Sequence record: X15721.1
DNA: 215 bases
Direction: 5' to 3' (one strand)
From: a phage
Position numbers and translations under genes: made by a program. The notes beneath the pieces were generated by a model, which was not told the origin of the DNA, did not search any database, and saw nothing but the letters and a program-made list of their open reading frames with translations. Below are positions 1 to 215 of the stretch, piece after piece. The number at the start of each line of letters is the position of its first letter. Position 1 is the stretch's first letter.

Positions 1-30
1 GGTACCATCGCTACGACTCAGGTTATTCAT
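1..30 (-). CDS. possible 5' end of a divergently transcribed ORF (partial, runs off the left edge; N-terminus MNNLSRSDGT..)
   Basis: On the - strand there is ATG at 30-28, with AAGGA (complement of 41-45 tcctt) 10 nt upstream, and the frame is open to the window edge (atg aat aac ctg agt cgt agc gat ggt acc). Only 10 codons are visible. Equally possible alternatives are the C-terminal tail of a + strand gene (frame 1 ends TAA 58-60; frame 3 ends TGA 30-32). Low confidence. Confidence 0.25.
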   Translation of the reverse strand, partial: MNNLSRSDGT

Positions 31-35
31 GAATA
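24..35. repeat. 12-bp perfect palindrome TATTCATGAATA; candidate binding site for a dimeric DNA-binding protein (function unproven)
   Basis: Positions 24-35 tattcatgaata equal their own reverse complement. Flanking bases 23 (t) and 36 (c) break the symmetry. The centre holds ATG on the + strand (29-31) and ATG on the - strand (30-28). A perfect 12-mer palindrome in 215 bp is expected by chance only about 5% of the time. Confidence 0.3.
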
Positions 36-123
36 CCAAGTCCTTCAGCCGCTTAAATAAAAGGCTGCCGCACTCCCGGTTAGATGCCTGCCCAGTGTAA
101 GATACCCGATAAACTAGGAACGT

Positions 124-144
124 GGAAGGCGTTAGCCGCCTTCC
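124..144 (+). other. GC-rich inverted repeat: 8-bp stem GGAAGGCG / CGCCTTCC with 5-nt loop TTAGC; probable RNA stem-loop in the 5' leader of the downstream ORF, function unassigned
   Basis: Read directly: 124-131 ggaaggcg pairs perfectly with 137-144 cgccttcc (6 G-C and 2 A-T pairs), loop 132-136 ttagc. It is followed by ccctcctgctaagccc, not a T-run, and on the - strand by acgttcctagtttatc, so it is not a canonical rho-independent terminator. It ends 17 nt before the SD. Confidence 0.5.
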
Positions 145-160
145 CTCCTGCTAAGCCCAA

Positions 161-167
161 AAAGGAG
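161..167 (+). promoter_or_regulatory. Shine-Dalgarno ribosome-binding site for the ORF starting at 176
   Basis: AAAGGAG at 161-167, strongly complementary to the 16S rRNA 3' end, followed by an 8-nt spacer (ttacagcg) and ATG at 176. The spacing is within the canonical range. Confidence 0.55.
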
Positions 168-175
168 TTACAGCG

Positions 176-215
176 ATGTTAGGTGCCGTTGTTGGTGGCA
201 TTGCCTCAGCCTTAG
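176..215 (+). CDS. 5' end of an ORF that continues beyond the window; hypothetical hydrophobic (probably membrane) protein, N-terminus MLGAVVGGIASAL
   Basis: ATG 176-178 is the first start codon after the in-frame TAA at 152-154. AAGGAG core at 162-167 sits 8 nt upstream. The frame (atg tta ggt gcc gtt gtt ggt ggc att gcc tca gcc tta g..) is open to position 215. Of the other + frames here, one has TAG at 180-182 and the other has no start codon. The peptide is Gly/Ala/Val/Ile-rich with GxxxG-like spacing (G3, G7, G8), consistent with a transmembrane helix. Product not recognised; only 13 codons visible. Confidence 0.55.
   Translation, partial: MLGAVVGGIASAL

Noticed and set aside
1-6. GGTACC (KpnI site) at the very first bases, as a possible cloning junction
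   Set aside because: A single 6-bp site is expected by chance and no vector-like sequence follows. Treated as coincidence.
12-26. T7-class phage promoter similarity: TACGACTCA at 12-20 matches positions -14 to -6 of the T7 consensus TAATACGACTCACTATAGGGAGA
   Set aside because: The match covers only the 9-nt specificity core. The AT-rich upstream element (-17 to -15) and the initiation region (-5 to +1, ggttat versus CTATAG) do not match, so a functional phage promoter is unlikely. Noted only as a faint hint of possible phage ancestry, testable by extending the sequence.
1-60. C-terminal tail of a + strand CDS ending at TAA 58-60 (frame 1: GTIATTQVIHEYQVLQPLK*) or at TGA 30-32 (frame 3: ..YHRYDSGYS*)
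   Set aside because: Not rejected as impossible. An open frame at a window edge carries no statistical weight, because every frame has a first stop somewhere. It was not listed as a feature because it is mutually exclusive with the - strand start and has no positive evidence such as recognisable homology.
29-100. + strand ORF from ATG 29 to TAA 98-100 (MNTKSFSRLNKRLPHSRLDACPV*)
   Set aside because: Only a weak SD-like AGG at 20-22. The Arg/Leu/Ser-rich basic composition is typical of spurious ORFs, and the ATG arises automatically from the palindrome centre. Not called.
98-108. -10-like hexamers TAAGAT (98-103) and TAAACT (103-108) as a sigma70 promoter for the downstream ORF
   Set aside because: No acceptable -35 element at 16-18 bp spacing (best is TTAGAT at 80-85, 2/6 match to TTGACA) and no extended -10 TG. 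Too weak to call a promoter without transcription start data.
124-144. Hairpin as a rho-independent (intrinsic) terminator
   Set aside because: There is no U-tract after the stem on either strand: + strand continues ccctcctgctaag, - strand continues acgttcctagtttatc. A U-tract-independent terminator cannot be excluded, but it is not supported by sequence alone.
84-182. Upstream + strand ORF of 32 codons (MPAQCKIPDKLGTWKALAAFPPAKPKKELQRC*) whose stop TAG 180-182 overlaps the start of the main ORF
   Set aside because: No Shine-Dalgarno upstream of ATG 84 (preceding sequence gcactcccggttag). The Lys/Pro-rich composition looks like an out-of-frame read-through of leader sequence. It spans the hairpin and the SD of the better-supported ORF. 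A leader peptide or translational coupling is not excluded but is unsupported.
176-215. Assigning the ORF to a named family (CrcB/Fluc fluoride channel, GlsB/YeaQ/YmgE, UPF0391, holin, type I toxin) from the GG..A..L pattern, or calling a fluoride riboswitch upstream
   Set aside because: Thirteen residues of a generic Gly/Ala-rich helix are not diagnostic. As far as I can recall, the leader does not carry the conserved core of the fluoride (crcB) riboswitch, but this was not verified by a covariance-model search (cmscan against Rfam would be decisive).

Overview
215-bp window, about 52% GC (111 G+C). Most of it reads as non-coding leader or intergenic sequence, followed by the 5' end of a + strand ORF. 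Best-supported feature: ATG at 176-178 preceded by a strong Shine-Dalgarno AAAGGAG (161-167, 8-nt spacer), with the frame open to the window edge (13 codons, MLGAVVGGIASAL, hydrophobic and Gly/Ala-rich, likely the start of a membrane-spanning segment). Upstream of it lie a stable 8-bp GC-rich stem-loop (124-144) with no U-tract on either strand, a CU-rich tract complementary to the SD, three same-strand copies of GTTAG-NN-GCC (79-88, 131-140, 178-187), and a 12-bp perfect palindrome TATTCATGAATA (24-35) centred on an ATG/CAT. The left flank (1-60) is unresolved: it may be the start of a divergent - strand gene (ATG at 30-28 with AAGGA 10 nt upstream) or the tail of a + strand gene. No rRNA, tRNA, CRISPR or mobile-element signature is visible. 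Thirteen codons cannot identify a product, and this window alone does not support a claim of a novel system. The structured leader followed by a small hydrophobic ORF start is the main thing worth extending and testing.
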